Below, piece after piece: positions 11,866 through 23,620 of a stretch of DNA of 64,000 nucleotides. The position numbers and the translations under genes are program-made. Where the stretch lies: the NCBI RefSeq assembly GCF_009834535.1, contig NC_045696.1, positions 109,990,001 to 110,054,000 of the forward strand, written 5' to 3'. The stretch comes from Camelus ferus (Eukaryota). The stretch's first letter is position 1, and each line of letters starts with the position of its first letter. The notes under the pieces were generated by a model, which was given only the letters and a program-made list of their open reading frames with translations, was not told the origin of the DNA and made no database searches.

Positions 11866-14021
11866 TGTCAGTTTGATTACCATGTGTCTTGGTGTGTTTC
11901 TCTTTGGGTTTATCCTATATGGTACTCTCTGTGCTTCCTGAACTTGGGTGACTGTTTCCTTTTCCAGGCTAGGTTAGTTTTCAGCTATTATCTTTTTAAA
12001 TATTTTCTCAGGCCCTTTCTCTCTCTCTTCTCCTTCTAGGACCCCTATAATGTGAATGTTAGATGCTTGATATTGTCCCAAAGTTCTCTTAAACTGTCTT
12101 CATTTCTTTTCATTCTTTTTTTCTTTTTTCTGTTCTGTGGTAGTAATTTCCACTACTCTGTCTTCCAGCTCACTGATCCATTCTTCTGTCTCATTTATTC
12201 TAACGATTCCTTCTAGTGTATTTCCCGCTTTAGGTATTGTATTCTTCAACTCTGTTTGGTTGTTCTTTATATTTTCTAACTCTTTGTTAAAACTTCTCAC
12301 TCTGCATCCATTCTCCTCCTGAGTTCTTTGATTATCTTTATGAGCACTACTCTGAAATCTTTCTTGGATAGATTGCCTATTTCCACTTCACTTAGTTCTT
12401 CTGGGATTTTATCTTGTTCCTTCATCTGGAACATATTCCTCTGCTGCCTCATTTTGTCTAAATTTCTATTTGTATTTTTATGTGGTATGTTAGTTATGTT
12501 TCTCAACCTTGGAGAGGTGGCCCTCTGTAGAGGATGTCCTATGTGTTCCAGTAGTGCACTCCCTTCTTGTCACCCAATTTATATGCTCTAGGGTTTCCCC
12601 TACAAGGGCTGTGTAGGTCCTTCTGTTGTGGCGGGCTGACTATGGGCAGTCTGGTGGGCTTGGTTGGCCCTTAGTCTGGTTGGTTGCTAGGCCCTGCCTT
12701 GTGTGGATGCTGCTGGCTGCTGTTTAGTGGGGCTTGGTCACAAGGTGGCTGGTTGTAGAACCCTAGTGGGCCCTGGGGCTAGTGCTGGCTCACTGGTGGG
12801 CAGAGTCAGGGCCCTGAAGACTCTGGGTTTGCTGCCCACCCAGCAACCAGGTGACTAGTGAAGCCGGTGAATCCAGATTCTGGGGTTAATGCCTGACTAC
12901 TGGCAGGTGGAGTTGGTTCCTTGAGTCTGCTGCAGGGCCCAGGGACCCTGGAGCTCATTTTAGATTGTTGGTGGCAGGGGGACTGGTTCCTGGCACAGTT
13001 GGATATGGGGTCCTGGGTGTCCTGAAGGGTGCACTGGCCTGCTAGTGGGCTAGGCCAGGGCCCAGCTGGTCCTGGGGTAGAGTCTGGCCTGTGCTGGCAG
13101 ACTTGTTCCATAGGCTGTGGAATTGTAGCGTTCTTACTTCTGGTGTCTGCCCGTAATGGGTGAGGCTGGTCTAGAGGCTTGTGCAGGCTTCCTGGTGGGC
13201 AGGGCCAGTGCCTGCCCACTGGTGGGTAGAGTTGTGTCTTGGCCCTCTGGTGAGCAGGGCCTTGTCTAGGGACATGTCAAGAGGCAGCTGTGGGCTCAGG
13301 AAATCTTTAGGCAGCCTGTCTGCTGATGGGTGGGGCTGTGTCCCCACCAAGCTAGTTGTCTGACCTGAGGCGTCCCAGCACTGGAGCCTACAGGCTGTTG
13401 GGTGGGGCCAGGTCTTGGTGTTAATGGGCCAAGATGTCAGCCGCCAGGAGCGTTCACATGGCTGAATCTCCACCACCAGCGTCTGTGTCTCCAGAGTGAG
13501 CTGCAGAGTGCGCAGCAGGCAGGTCTGGTCCAGGCGCCCATCAAATTACCGCCTTTGCCCTGGGTCTCAGTGTGTGTGAGACTTTGTGTGCACCCTTTAG
13601 GAGTGAAATGCTCTACTTCCGCCATTCTCGTGGGGCTTCTGCAATTAAGCCCCGCTGGCTTTCAGAGCCAAATGCTCCCTCTGGCAGCTCATCTTTCCAG
13701 TGCCAGACCCCAGGCTGGGGAGCCTGACGTGGGGCTCAGAATCTCACTCCTGCAATATAATATTCTGCAATATAATATTCTCTCCAGTCTGTGGGTCACC
13801 CACCCGGTGGGGTATGGGATTTGATTATAACGTGAGTCCACCCCTGCACCTATCTTGTTGTAGTTCTTTCTTTCTGTTTTTAGTTGTAGAAGATCTTTTC
13901 TGGTGGGTTCCAGCCTTTATATCATCGATGGCTGTTCTGCAGATAGTTGTGATTTTGGTGTGCTCATGAGAGGAGGTGAGCTCAGGGTCTTTCTACTCTG
14001 CCATCTTGGCCTCTCTCCCCC
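11866..14021 (-). mobile_element. L1 5' UTR plus 5' part of ORF1 (3' portion missing)
   Basis: Minus strand begins GGGGAGAGAGGCCAAGATGGCAGAG (YY1 motif at 14000-14008); GC-rich 5' UTR; ORF1 from ~12452 (MRQQRNMFQMKEQDK..., coiled coil ELKNTI...EEWISELEDRVVEI), ending at PRHMVIKLTK. Confidence 0.93.
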
Positions 14022-14279
14022 ACCGAAAGTTTACTTTTTTAATGGGTGGCTTTGGAATATGTCTTCAGCCCACCAAGAGTGTAAATTCCGGTATGTAAGT
14101 AGTGTGTGTGTACATGCGTATGTGCTTTTGTGGTCCCACTGATGTGTCCCTTTCGGTTTTAGTGAGATAATGAGCAAGAGACGCCTGAAATCACACACCT
14201 GAGCATCAAACAATGCAAGTGGCAAGGTTATGGATTCAATGGATGTAAGAACCAGGACCTTACACATCCCCTGTGCCCT

Positions 14280-14400
14280 GTGTACGTCCTTTTCTCAGCC
14301 GCTTTGCAGCTGAGAACACTGAGGCTTAGAGACGGAGGGAAGTTCTCAGGGTCCTCCATCACACAGAGGCAGAAACAGGGCTGGGGCCAGCTGTCCTGCC
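14280..14400 (-). mobile_element. MIR fragment
   Basis: TTTGCAGCTGAGAACACTGAGGCTTAGAGA core. Confidence 0.6.
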
Positions 14401-15316
14401 CCACAGTGGGTGGGGGAGGCTCGGGTGCACTCAGAGTGCTTCCTGGTTGCGCCTATGTTACGTGCAAATCAAGGTGCCAACGGGCAATGAGTTAGAGTGG
14501 ATAAGATAAAGCTTAAAACATGGTTTTACCCACTGTGTGTGCACTTGTGCTGGGCACTGAATATTAGAAATGTGCAACCAAATGCAGTGAAGATGATAGC
14601 ACAGGCATGTAGAGACTACGAAACTGAAAATGCCTCTGCTAAATGCTTTTCTATTACTTGTCTTTACCCTTAATCCCAACCGAATCATCACTTCTATCTT
14701 CTAAACAAGCATTGTTAAGAATCCCCCAAAGTAATTATTAACAAGGAGCCAGCCGGTGCTCATAAACCATTTTACAAACACAAAACACTCTGCAAATGTT
14801 TATTTTCATTACTGAAACTAATTCAACAACGGCATAATATAGTACTCCCAGATAACACTTCTTAGCAATGCTCACTGCATGATAGAAATGACACAGTTCA
14901 TGCCTGAACCCTGGTTAAACCTGTCAGGTGAGCCGAGGAAAATGCATTCTCCATTTTTCTGCGTTGAGATGATCAGAATGACCCTGATCTCAATCCTACA
15001 CTCCTTGGAGTTATCCTTCCAAGCCTGCAGTTCATGGCCTACACGCAGGTACTGCATAAAATGCTTTAAGGTTCTTTAGGTTCTAAGTGCACATCTCGAA
15101 AGAAAAATGGCTTTTCTTGAGGCACCTTTTTGGCATTAGAACTGAAGTAGGTTTGCTCACCGTGTAGTTGGGCATCAAAGGGACAGGGGACAGGAGATCC
15201 TTCTAATGTTGCTCTTTAAGGTTCCTCTCTTGCTCTGGGAAGCCAGCCCCTAAAACAGGCACCACTTACATCACAAAACAGACAGTATACCTTTTGCCTA
15301 TGTGTGTATCAAGGTC

Positions 15317-16004
15317 TGTATCAACTATATTTTCTTATTTTCTGTATTTCTTAATGTTTAAAAAAATTTTTTTTAATAGGGGGAGGAAATTTGAGGTTTT
15401 TTGTTTATTTTCTTAAACAGAGGCACTGGGGATTGAATCCAGGACCTTGTGCATGCAAGACATACACTCTAACACTGAGCTATACCCTCCCCCTTATTTT
15501 TTGTATTCTTAAGCTCTGGCATCTGGAGCCTTGCAGACCTGAGGAAGGACGGACCCTCTTAGGGTAATCTAATTTTTAGACAGCACATTTACCTGTGAGT
15601 CTGCCTTTGACATGCAGACCAGCCAATCCTGAGTCCATACTTGCCTCTCCCCTCCAGTAGCAGGTCCCTGAAGTATGGGACACTGTATCTCTGCCCTAAT
15701 CACCCCAGAGCCAGGTATCAGCCAGAGCCCACTAAACTTATCTAAACTAGCCAATCCCTAAACCTGTCTACCCTGCTTACCCTGCCTCGCTCTCTCTTTC
15801 CCATAAAAGCCACAATAAAGATTCTAGCCCACGCTTCCCTTGTCCCCCCATCCCAATGATTGACCCTGGTGCTGCCCCGTGTGGCCTTGTGTGGTATGCC
15901 ATACCTCCTGTGTCTAGGGATCTGTGAAACATTCCTTCATGACAGAATTTCTATGTGTGTCTCACCATACCTGATTGAAACAAATCCTGGGTACATTTTA
16001 AACA
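15317..16004 (+). mobile_element. ERVL solo LTR (MER74-like), interrupted by a SINE
   Basis: TGTATCAAC...TTTTCTGTATT...GGCATCTGGAGCCTTGC...AGCCAATCC...CACAATAAAG...ACATTTTAAACA; TG...CA ends; matches recalled MER74 consensus. Confidence 0.8.
15353..15492 (-). mobile_element. tRNA-derived SINE (vic-1-like) nested in the MER74 LTR
   Basis: Head ends TGAGCTATACCCTCCCC; imperfect TSD CTTATTTTCTGTATT / CTTATTTTTTGTATT. Confidence 0.9.
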
Positions 16005-16126
16005 GATTCCCTTACCCAACTGTATTCATCGCCAGCAAACAGGGGCAGGGGCATTAGATTAGCTCTCTGAATGCATCTTCAACTTCCCTCTTTGCCTGGG
16101 ACTCCGTTCCTCCAGGAACGGCTGGG

Positions 16127-16139
16127 GTTGCCAGGCAAC
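16127..16139. promoter_or_regulatory. RFX X-box motif
   Basis: GTTGCCAGGCAAC, palindromic GTTGCC-n-GGCAAC. Confidence 0.45.
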
Positions 16140-17518
16140 ACCGTCAGGTGTGCCGCTAGAGCCCCTGGACATTAATCACTCTCCTTCAGGATGCATTTAC
16201 TCAGGCCATTATACTATGTTCTCAAACTGTGATCAGGATCAACCTCCCCTTCCTCCCTCCCCACCCCACCAAAAAACGTTCTTCATCTTTTGAACAAACA
16301 CTTTTTTTTGAGACTTTCAAAGGCTTGAGAAATGATACAGTGAGCTATGGAGCAAGAGAGGTCACAGACCTGTGAAGTAACCTACCGATTCTAACTATGC
16401 CATTAACACACTTCACTCAGGCCTCATTGGCTCACTGCAATTTCCCAGAAACTTAGGGCAAAACATTGGCTATTCCTATTTCCTTCTCACACTAACATTC
16501 CACTGATCTTATCTCTGGTGTTCAGATTTATCACTTCTATGTGATGGGAATACCATTTTAATAAAACGTGCTAATGAGATATGATAATTACATTTATAAT
16601 TGGGGAGAACGGGGAACAGATGTCTGACTGGTAACGTTGGGGTGGTCAGGCATTCGAGTGTGCACGTCAGGATGAAGATATACACTGGCCTGGGGGAATG
16701 CAGATCATTTTCAGTTTTGATATTTATAGTATCATCCTAGGCAAAGAAGAACAATGGGCCTGTGTCATAATGGAGAAAAAGCAAAGAAATGCCCTATGGA
16801 TCCATAAAGGTCTCTGATGGTTTTGGTCTAATGTCATCCAAAACTCTTAAGCGTGAGTTGACAGACCCAGTGGTGGACCAAGGGTAGAGGGGGCATAATT
16901 TCCAGGAGCTCCAAGACACCCTCTAAACAAATGTGCTGCAGAAGGAAAAATTGTTCTTGTTATTCAAATGGAGCTTTAAGGCAGGATGCCCTTAGCACTC
17001 CATTCCAAAAAGACTGCCAATCCTCATCACCATCTATACAGAAATTCTGGAGATTTAGGCTGGACTGCCAAATTGACTTGTGTTTACAGGTTGTAAAAAC
17101 TTCCAGACTCAAAGAGAAAGATTAGTTTCACTGACTGGTTGGTTAATGTATTTGCCACTGAAGAGCTATCCTGTTATTTCTCCCACTGAAATAAAGACAC
17201 TTTGTTTCTCTTGTTGAAGGCTGGCTTTGTAGCCCCCTGGTCGCCTGGGAGGCTCCACCTTCACTAGCTGCAAGCTTCAGTCTCCCCGTGTTGTTCCCAG
17301 GATTATACTGGCCATGAACCAAGCACTGACAACCTCACAGGAAAGTGCCCTTTTCCCCTAGAGTTCAGACTTCCCCAACAGGGGTTTGTGTAGGACTGCC
17401 ACCTCTCTGTCAGCTCAAAGCGGGGAGCGGGACAGGCAGCTCTCCTGGAAACCTACCCTAAACAAATCATCTGAAAGAATGAAAAAGCCTAATGCTCTTT
17501 GCAGTTATCTGTAATTCT

Positions 17519-17560
17519 AAAACAAACAAACAAACAAACAAAAAAACAAAAACCAAAACC
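17519..17560. repeat. (AAAC)n microsatellite
   Basis: AAAACAAACAAACAAACAAACAAAAAAACAAAAACC. Confidence 0.9.
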
Positions 17561-17619
17561 CCCAAACTATAAGCAGACTAAGTGAGAAACAGTAGAAAGA
17601 CAGTCAACTAAAACGTCAG

Positions 17620-17860
17620 CATCACAGAGCGGTGTGAGCACAGACAGGCACGTGTGCCCGTCTCGGCCGCTCGCTCACTCTGACCCTGAGCAGGTTATCT
17701 AACCCCCAATTTCCTCATCTGTAACATGAGCACAGTAGAGTTGTTGGGAGTGTGAAATGAGTTTATGCTGATAAATATTATGAGGAGGAAATGGGTTAAT
17801 ATGTATTATAATATTTATGTCCCTGGTACATGGGAAGCACTAGGTAAGTATTTGATAAAC
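17620..17860 (+). mobile_element. MIR SINE
   Basis: TGACCCTGAGCAGGTTATCTAACC...TTTCCTCATCTGTAACATGAG...CCTGGTACATGGGAAGCACT. Confidence 0.7.
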
Positions 17861-18418
17861 AAAGTGGCACCTTTTCTAGATGGAGAATTTTGAGCTGTTA
17901 CAAAGATCATGGTCAAGTTTATACATCAATGAGGAAAATGCTTATTATAGAAAAGGTCCCACAAAACCACAAGTACTCTCTATAAAATATGAATATGAAA
18001 ATTCATCGAGGGACTACATAAAATAAAAACAGCTGTGCTGAGATTGAGGAGAACCTTCTGTTTTCCAGACATTCTGTATAGCTTTTGTAAGTTTTAAGGG
18101 AGTTTGGCAAGGTTTGTGAGGGGCGGTGGGAGGCAAACATTCTTCCTGGGCCCCTGGTTGGAATGAATCACTTGGTCCTTCAGGCAGAGCTGGAGGGCTG
18201 TCTGCTCTACCAAGAGTTAACAGAAACCTACTCACAAGAATGTCCTCAAAGAGGGAGATCATTGGAGGAGGAGAGGTTTCAGCAGCTAGGAGAGAGGAGG
18301 AGGGACTAACATCAGTGGGCGGGTACTTCCTTTCTGCCTGCTCTCTGATTCGCTAGTGATGAGGTCCATCAGGGGAGGACGGGAGCTCACAGCATCCTGG
18401 CAAGTTTGATGGACAAAG

Positions 18419-18436
18419 ACATCAAAGAGATCAAAG
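18419..18436 (+). promoter_or_regulatory. Tandem TCF/LEF motifs
   Basis: ACATCAAAG AGATCAAAG back-to-back. Confidence 0.4.
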
Positions 18437-18735
18437 CATTTGAGACTCACAAGGTAGGGCTAAAATACCCTCATTTATCAGGGACTTGTCCACAGTTAGT
18501 GAAATAAGCAACTTCAGCAAAAGAAATCAACACCAACACCAAGACCAAGCAACCTCCCTCTCCTCCTCTGACCTCGGTATCTTATCCCCCTTTATCAGGA
18601 GGGCAGCCTCTTCCTCAGGATAAAGCAACTTGGATACAGCAGTCCTGCCTTCTGTGTTCAACCCCATCCCCCCTTTTCCTCCCTTCTAAGAGAAGATTCT
18701 CAATGATAGAACGAAATCTTAGCGAATGCCTCAGC

Positions 18736-19083
18736 CAGTGGCTCTCAAGACTGGCCCACAGCCTACTCCTGGGGAATTTAAACATATACAGGTCCCTGGG
18801 CTTTAAGAAGTAGTAGCTCTGGGGTGGGGCCAGGAGTCTGCATTTTTTAAATTTTAATTTTATGTTTAAAATTAAAAAAAATGTTTTTTGGGGGGTGAGG
18901 TAATTAGGTTTATTTATGTATTCATTTAAATGGAGGTTCTGAGGATTGAACCCAGGACCTCATGCATGCTAAGGACCTGCTTTACCACTGAGCTGTACAG
19001 CCCCCTGCCCAGGATTCTGCTTTTTTTAATCTCTCCCTACCTCTGAAGTGAATCTCTGCCATGCGTGGGGATCATAAACCACC
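18736..19083. mobile_element. MER5-type hAT-Charlie MITE, interrupted by a SINE
   Basis: CAGTGGCTCTCAA...GGGGTGGGGCCAGGAGTCTGCATTTTTTAA. Confidence 0.7.
18850..19006 (-). mobile_element. tRNA-derived SINE (vic-1-like)
   Basis: Full head; imperfect TSD CAGGAGTCTGCATTTTTT / CAGGATTCTGCTTTTTTT. Confidence 0.9.
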
Positions 19084-20999
19084 TAGGTCATTCAGTGACA
19101 GGAAACAACTGACCCAAAGCTTCCCCTTTTTCTTCTACCCCTCGGTCACTTTCTATTGTCTTTCCCACCTTCACCTTCCTTCTTCCTCTGCCTCTCTCAA
19201 AATCTTTCTTTTCCTGAGCTGGGACTGGCACTTTAACGACAAAAATGAGAACCTCAGCTGGGGGGAAGGGAGGCTGACGATCTATTGTCACCAGAAACAC
19301 ACTGGCATGGTTCCATCGCGGCCCTGTATCCCAACATCTGTCCCAGGCAGAGAGAAGTTTGCCTGAGCCACACACGTGTGTCCTGGCAACAGAGCAGGGA
19401 CACAATGAGACCCCCTAAGTTAAATGAGTGAGCTCCACGCCTAATGAGCATTATTAGTGTATCCGCATGCACTTAAGGAGAAGCTACTGTTAGCCTGATA
19501 CTGTTCTGACCTTCATCAGAAAGAGGGGCTGAGACTCGGCGCAGACCTGAGGGCCTCGGTCTTTTGTCCTGATTGGGTATCTGAGGACTAGCTGCCCCAA
19601 GAGAGTGGGAACAGCCGACGTCACCAGGGGTCCATCATCCTCACTGGTTCGTACTCTCTGTTCTTCCTCCCGCCGAATGAGAACGCCGTTTGCTTAGACT
19701 CTATACCTTTGAATCAGACACATTTTCATCCAAATCTGGTGTCTGGCAGTCATCCTGACACGCCCCCCATGTTTTCTCCTGACCTTTCTGTGCTGGCCTC
19801 TGGCCCCACTATCCACCAATGGCCCCAACAACCCCTTGTCCTGCCTCACTGGCCCTTGCCATGCTGGTGGTCTTTGTTCAGGCAGGTCCCTCCTCCAACC
19901 TGTCCCTCTCTGCACGAGGGGTGGGGCAGAAATCTGGATAAATAAAAAGTTCAATGAAAATGTCAGAGTACTGCTTTTTGCTAGTGTTTTTTGAGCAGCC
20001 TCATAACCAGGTATTAAAAATTTATGTTTACAGGGTACTTCTTGGTTGCCTGGCTACATGATATTTTGAGTTCTGGAAACACAGGCACATAACATGATTT
20101 TCCTGTGCATCTGATATTTCGTGCACTTTGTATGTAAATATAAATCCCCGTGAGAGTTCTGAGCACCTTACCTCCTATGTGTAATTCCTGTTCTAACGAT
20201 GTAATGGTTATTTTATGTTTAACGAACTCAAAAAAGCAAGGCCTTTGGGCACAGATACCCTGAGATTTACATTCCAACTTCACTGCCTTGATAGCTTTAA
20301 TGTTTCTTTTATTACTTTGGCTTAGTTTTTTGCCTGCCTTTAGTATTTAGTAAAATTCTTTTAAAAACTTAAGCATGACTAAGAGAAAACCAAGAAAAAA
20401 AAAGGGACTTTTGTTAGTATCTGAACCAGGGGGTTAAAGGTGGACACACACTCGGACATCAGATGTACTAGAAACAGCAGGAATGAAAAGATGGGAGAGT
20501 TTTGGAGAAATAGTTTGGACAAGAGCGCTTCTCAGCCCTAAAATACCCTGTCTTGTTCATTCATTTTGGCAGGAGAGGTTGTTGCCCTAGAGACAGCCCC
20601 ATTTCCCTTTGTTGGTTATGAGCTGTTTCCATCCCAGGGGCCGTGGGGAGCTGTGCAGTCCCACACTATGTGGCTCTGTCTTTAGTGGCCCAGCTGCAAT
20701 GCTGGTGTCGCTTATCCAGCAGCATTGCCTCTGGCCTGGAACCGTTTATCCCTCCGCAGTGGACAAGGAGGAGAAGCAGCGTCACCAAGCGGCCCAGCGG
20801 CCAGTCGTGGCCCTGACGTTGCTCTCGTTCCTTCTCTCGGCGTCCCTAGAGGGTAGGCAGAACCTGGTCTGGATGTTAGGACATCCTGGATCCCAGGCCT
20901 GATTCTGGCACAGAACGCTCTTGGGCAAGGCACGCATACTTCTACTCTGCATCGGAAAAGTGGGGGAATTTTCTAGATAATAAGTAACAAGGACTGACC

Positions 21000-21210
21000 C
21001 TGACACTGGGCTGTGTTGTTCACGTGCTTTCAGACTTCATTTCGTGCTCACAACTTTCCAGGTAGGCACAGGTGTTATCACCATTTCCATTTACAGATAA
21101 GGAAACCGTGGACCAAGGGGTTACCTAATGGGCCCAAGGTCCCATGGCTAGACACTGGTAAGCAGGTATGGACCCAGAGCTCTGTTCTGCCCGCTTCTCC
21201 ACCCCTCAAC
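21000..21210 (-). mobile_element. MIR SINE
   Basis: CCATTTACAGATAAGGAAACCG...CCCAAGGTCCCATGGCTAG. Confidence 0.75.
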
Positions 21211-21337
21211 TCCAGGGGAGCTGCTCTCAACGACTCCTTTCAGATCTGAAATGTTATGATTCTCAGAGTTTGAGGCAAACTCTTGTCTAGTTTTGGCATC
21301 AAAAATTTTGGATAACTTATGTGAAATCAAATTCATA

Positions 21338-21789
21338 TTTTGTGGCCAGACAAGAAAATTTTAAACATGAGAAATTCTTCTCTGCCCTTCGGCCTCCTCT
21401 CTCTTCACACTGTGCATTGTGTATCTGCGTTAGGCGTGGACCAAACCGCCCCTATCGGCAGGAACCGATGCTCAACCGTAAAGAGCAACAATCCTCCGAC
21501 ATCAACACGCCAACTCCTTAAAAGATAACATTCTTTCTTGATCTTGTAAGGGGTTGCATGATCCATCAGGATGACGCTTAGATCTGGATTGCGTAAACTG
21601 TCAATAATACGTCATCTGATGTACAGCCCTCTGTCTCAAAAAACTTATAAAACTGTGCCTTGATTTCTAACCGGTGGAACAGTTCTCAGAGCCTTCCGAG
21701 ATGCTCTACCTGGGTTATAATCCTCAAATCCGGCTCGAATAAAATTTTCCATTTCTTTCTTAGATTGACTGATTAATTTTTCATCGACA
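21338..21789 (+). mobile_element. ERV1-class solo LTR (MER34/LTR39-like)
   Basis: 452 bp; ends T(t)TTG...TCGACA; 4-bp TSD CATA (21334-21337, 21790-21793); TATAAAA 21646-21652; AATAAA 21738-21743; many CpGs retained. Confidence 0.88.
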
Positions 21790-23489
21790 CATACCAGTCT
21801 CTAAACTTGTCCTTTTACTGAAGCAAACCTGGGAAAAAAGCTTATGATCTGTTACTGATATGTGACATTAGTATCATAAGTTTTATCTAAATTCATCATT
21901 TTCCTATAATTTGTTGTTCAAAAGTACATAGTGGGAAGTAGCTGAAAATAGCCTTTAACTTGGTAGATAAACCCCAGATGCTTTGACTCACAGTAACACT
22001 CCTAGTGTTACTGGTGAAATTTTATTTTAGGCAAGGAATGTACATTATTCCGTTTGTGGTTCTAATCTCATTAGATTCAAATGGCACATACATTCATTTC
22101 TTTAAAAAGAATTCTTCAGGAAACAGTCAAGACATATGGATGCTTGAAATCTCATAAATCTGAAATTATCCCAATTGTGAATCGGCCAACATTGTTAAAG
22201 GGAATGAGCTGGCCTGTTATCTCCTGAACTGCACTATTTTGGAAGCAGTCATTTAATAAAAGCTGATGTGCGCTTAGTTTTAACTAGTTTCCATCAATAG
22301 TGATAGAAATTTAAAAATAATCAAGCAAATTGATAAAAATACATCTCAGTATTGCTACTTGGGAATCAAATTGATTCTATCGTTCTGAAAATAAGAGAAT
22401 TATCACAGGAGGCAAAACCCCCATCTCCAGAAATAATTACACCAGTATTTAAATTAAATAACCATACTTGAAGGAAATAATTGGAAATAATCATATTTGA
22501 AGGAAGTAGAGAAAACATCCTGAGATGAATCGTCATGAGGTGATGGCTCTGTGACAACACTGTATATATTTCTATGGTTTTATAGTTTTCTTTGGGTTCT
22601 CAACTCTAAATTGGATTTTTTTTAAAAAGTAAAGCAAATAGCAGAAATGACAGTTTCACTTTTTATTACCACATTCTTCTAGAAGTTCAAAAAATTTTAG
22701 AGCTATGTTGCTGTCAGCTCAAAACAGCTCTAGGGTTGGAAGATTTTTACTGGACAATAAAATTTTCTTCTTTACGTTTAATACTATCAGTTTCCTTGTG
22801 CCTGAAGATGCCCTATATTTTTTAGAAAGAGGAGAAATACAAATGTTCATTATCCAAAAAGCACTTCTAGTAAATTAAATTCACTCAAATCACATTACAG
22901 AGAACTAAACACTTCAGAGAGTAGAAAATTAATATTCAGACATAACAAATCCAAGATCTTCTGCATACCAGTCTGGTCTATCTTTGGCAAAAGGATGGCA
23001 GTCCTCCAAGCTACAGCATCTCCCCTCGGAGCGCTGAAGCTTATTTCCGTGTTACCAGCTGCCATTGGAAGGAATGCTAAACTGCAAGTTGACAGTTTCT
23101 TAGCTCTTTTGTTGTACTCTAATTGAGATGATGGTCCCCTGTTTCCAACCTAAACTAGATCAGACTCTATGATATAAGAAAAGTCTTCAGTTATGTTCAA
23201 AAAACCCTTATATACAAACTGTGGGCATGTTCTACCCCTTCCATTTAAGTGGAGAAAGAGGAAATGGAGTTCAGCTGCACAAAGGATGCTTAACGAGTTA
23301 GCCAGCAAAACACCACACAACATCCTTCTTAGGAAGGAACTGACAATAAAGGGCCTTAATTTGTTAGGCTCTGGCTAAGGACAGGAAGTTGGTAAGAGGA
23401 ATCCTTAAGATCCTTTCCAGTTCAGGAATGTGTATTGTGCTAATCTTTGGCCTGAAGTGCATCTAATCCAATGCTGGACAGTGTCCAAG

Positions 23490-23620
23490 CTCATTCATTT
23501 AATAACTGACATTTGTTAGGGCTTACTATGTGCAAGGCCCTGTGTTAGGCTTGGGGACAGATACAAAGACAGTTTCTGCCCTTGAGAAGAGTGATAAAGG
23601 CTTTCAGGGAGGGAAGTGCT
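23490..23620 (-). mobile_element. L2 3' end
   Basis: TCATTCATTTAA...ATTTGTTAGGGCTTACTATGTGCAAGGCCCTGTGTTAGGC. Confidence 0.7.
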
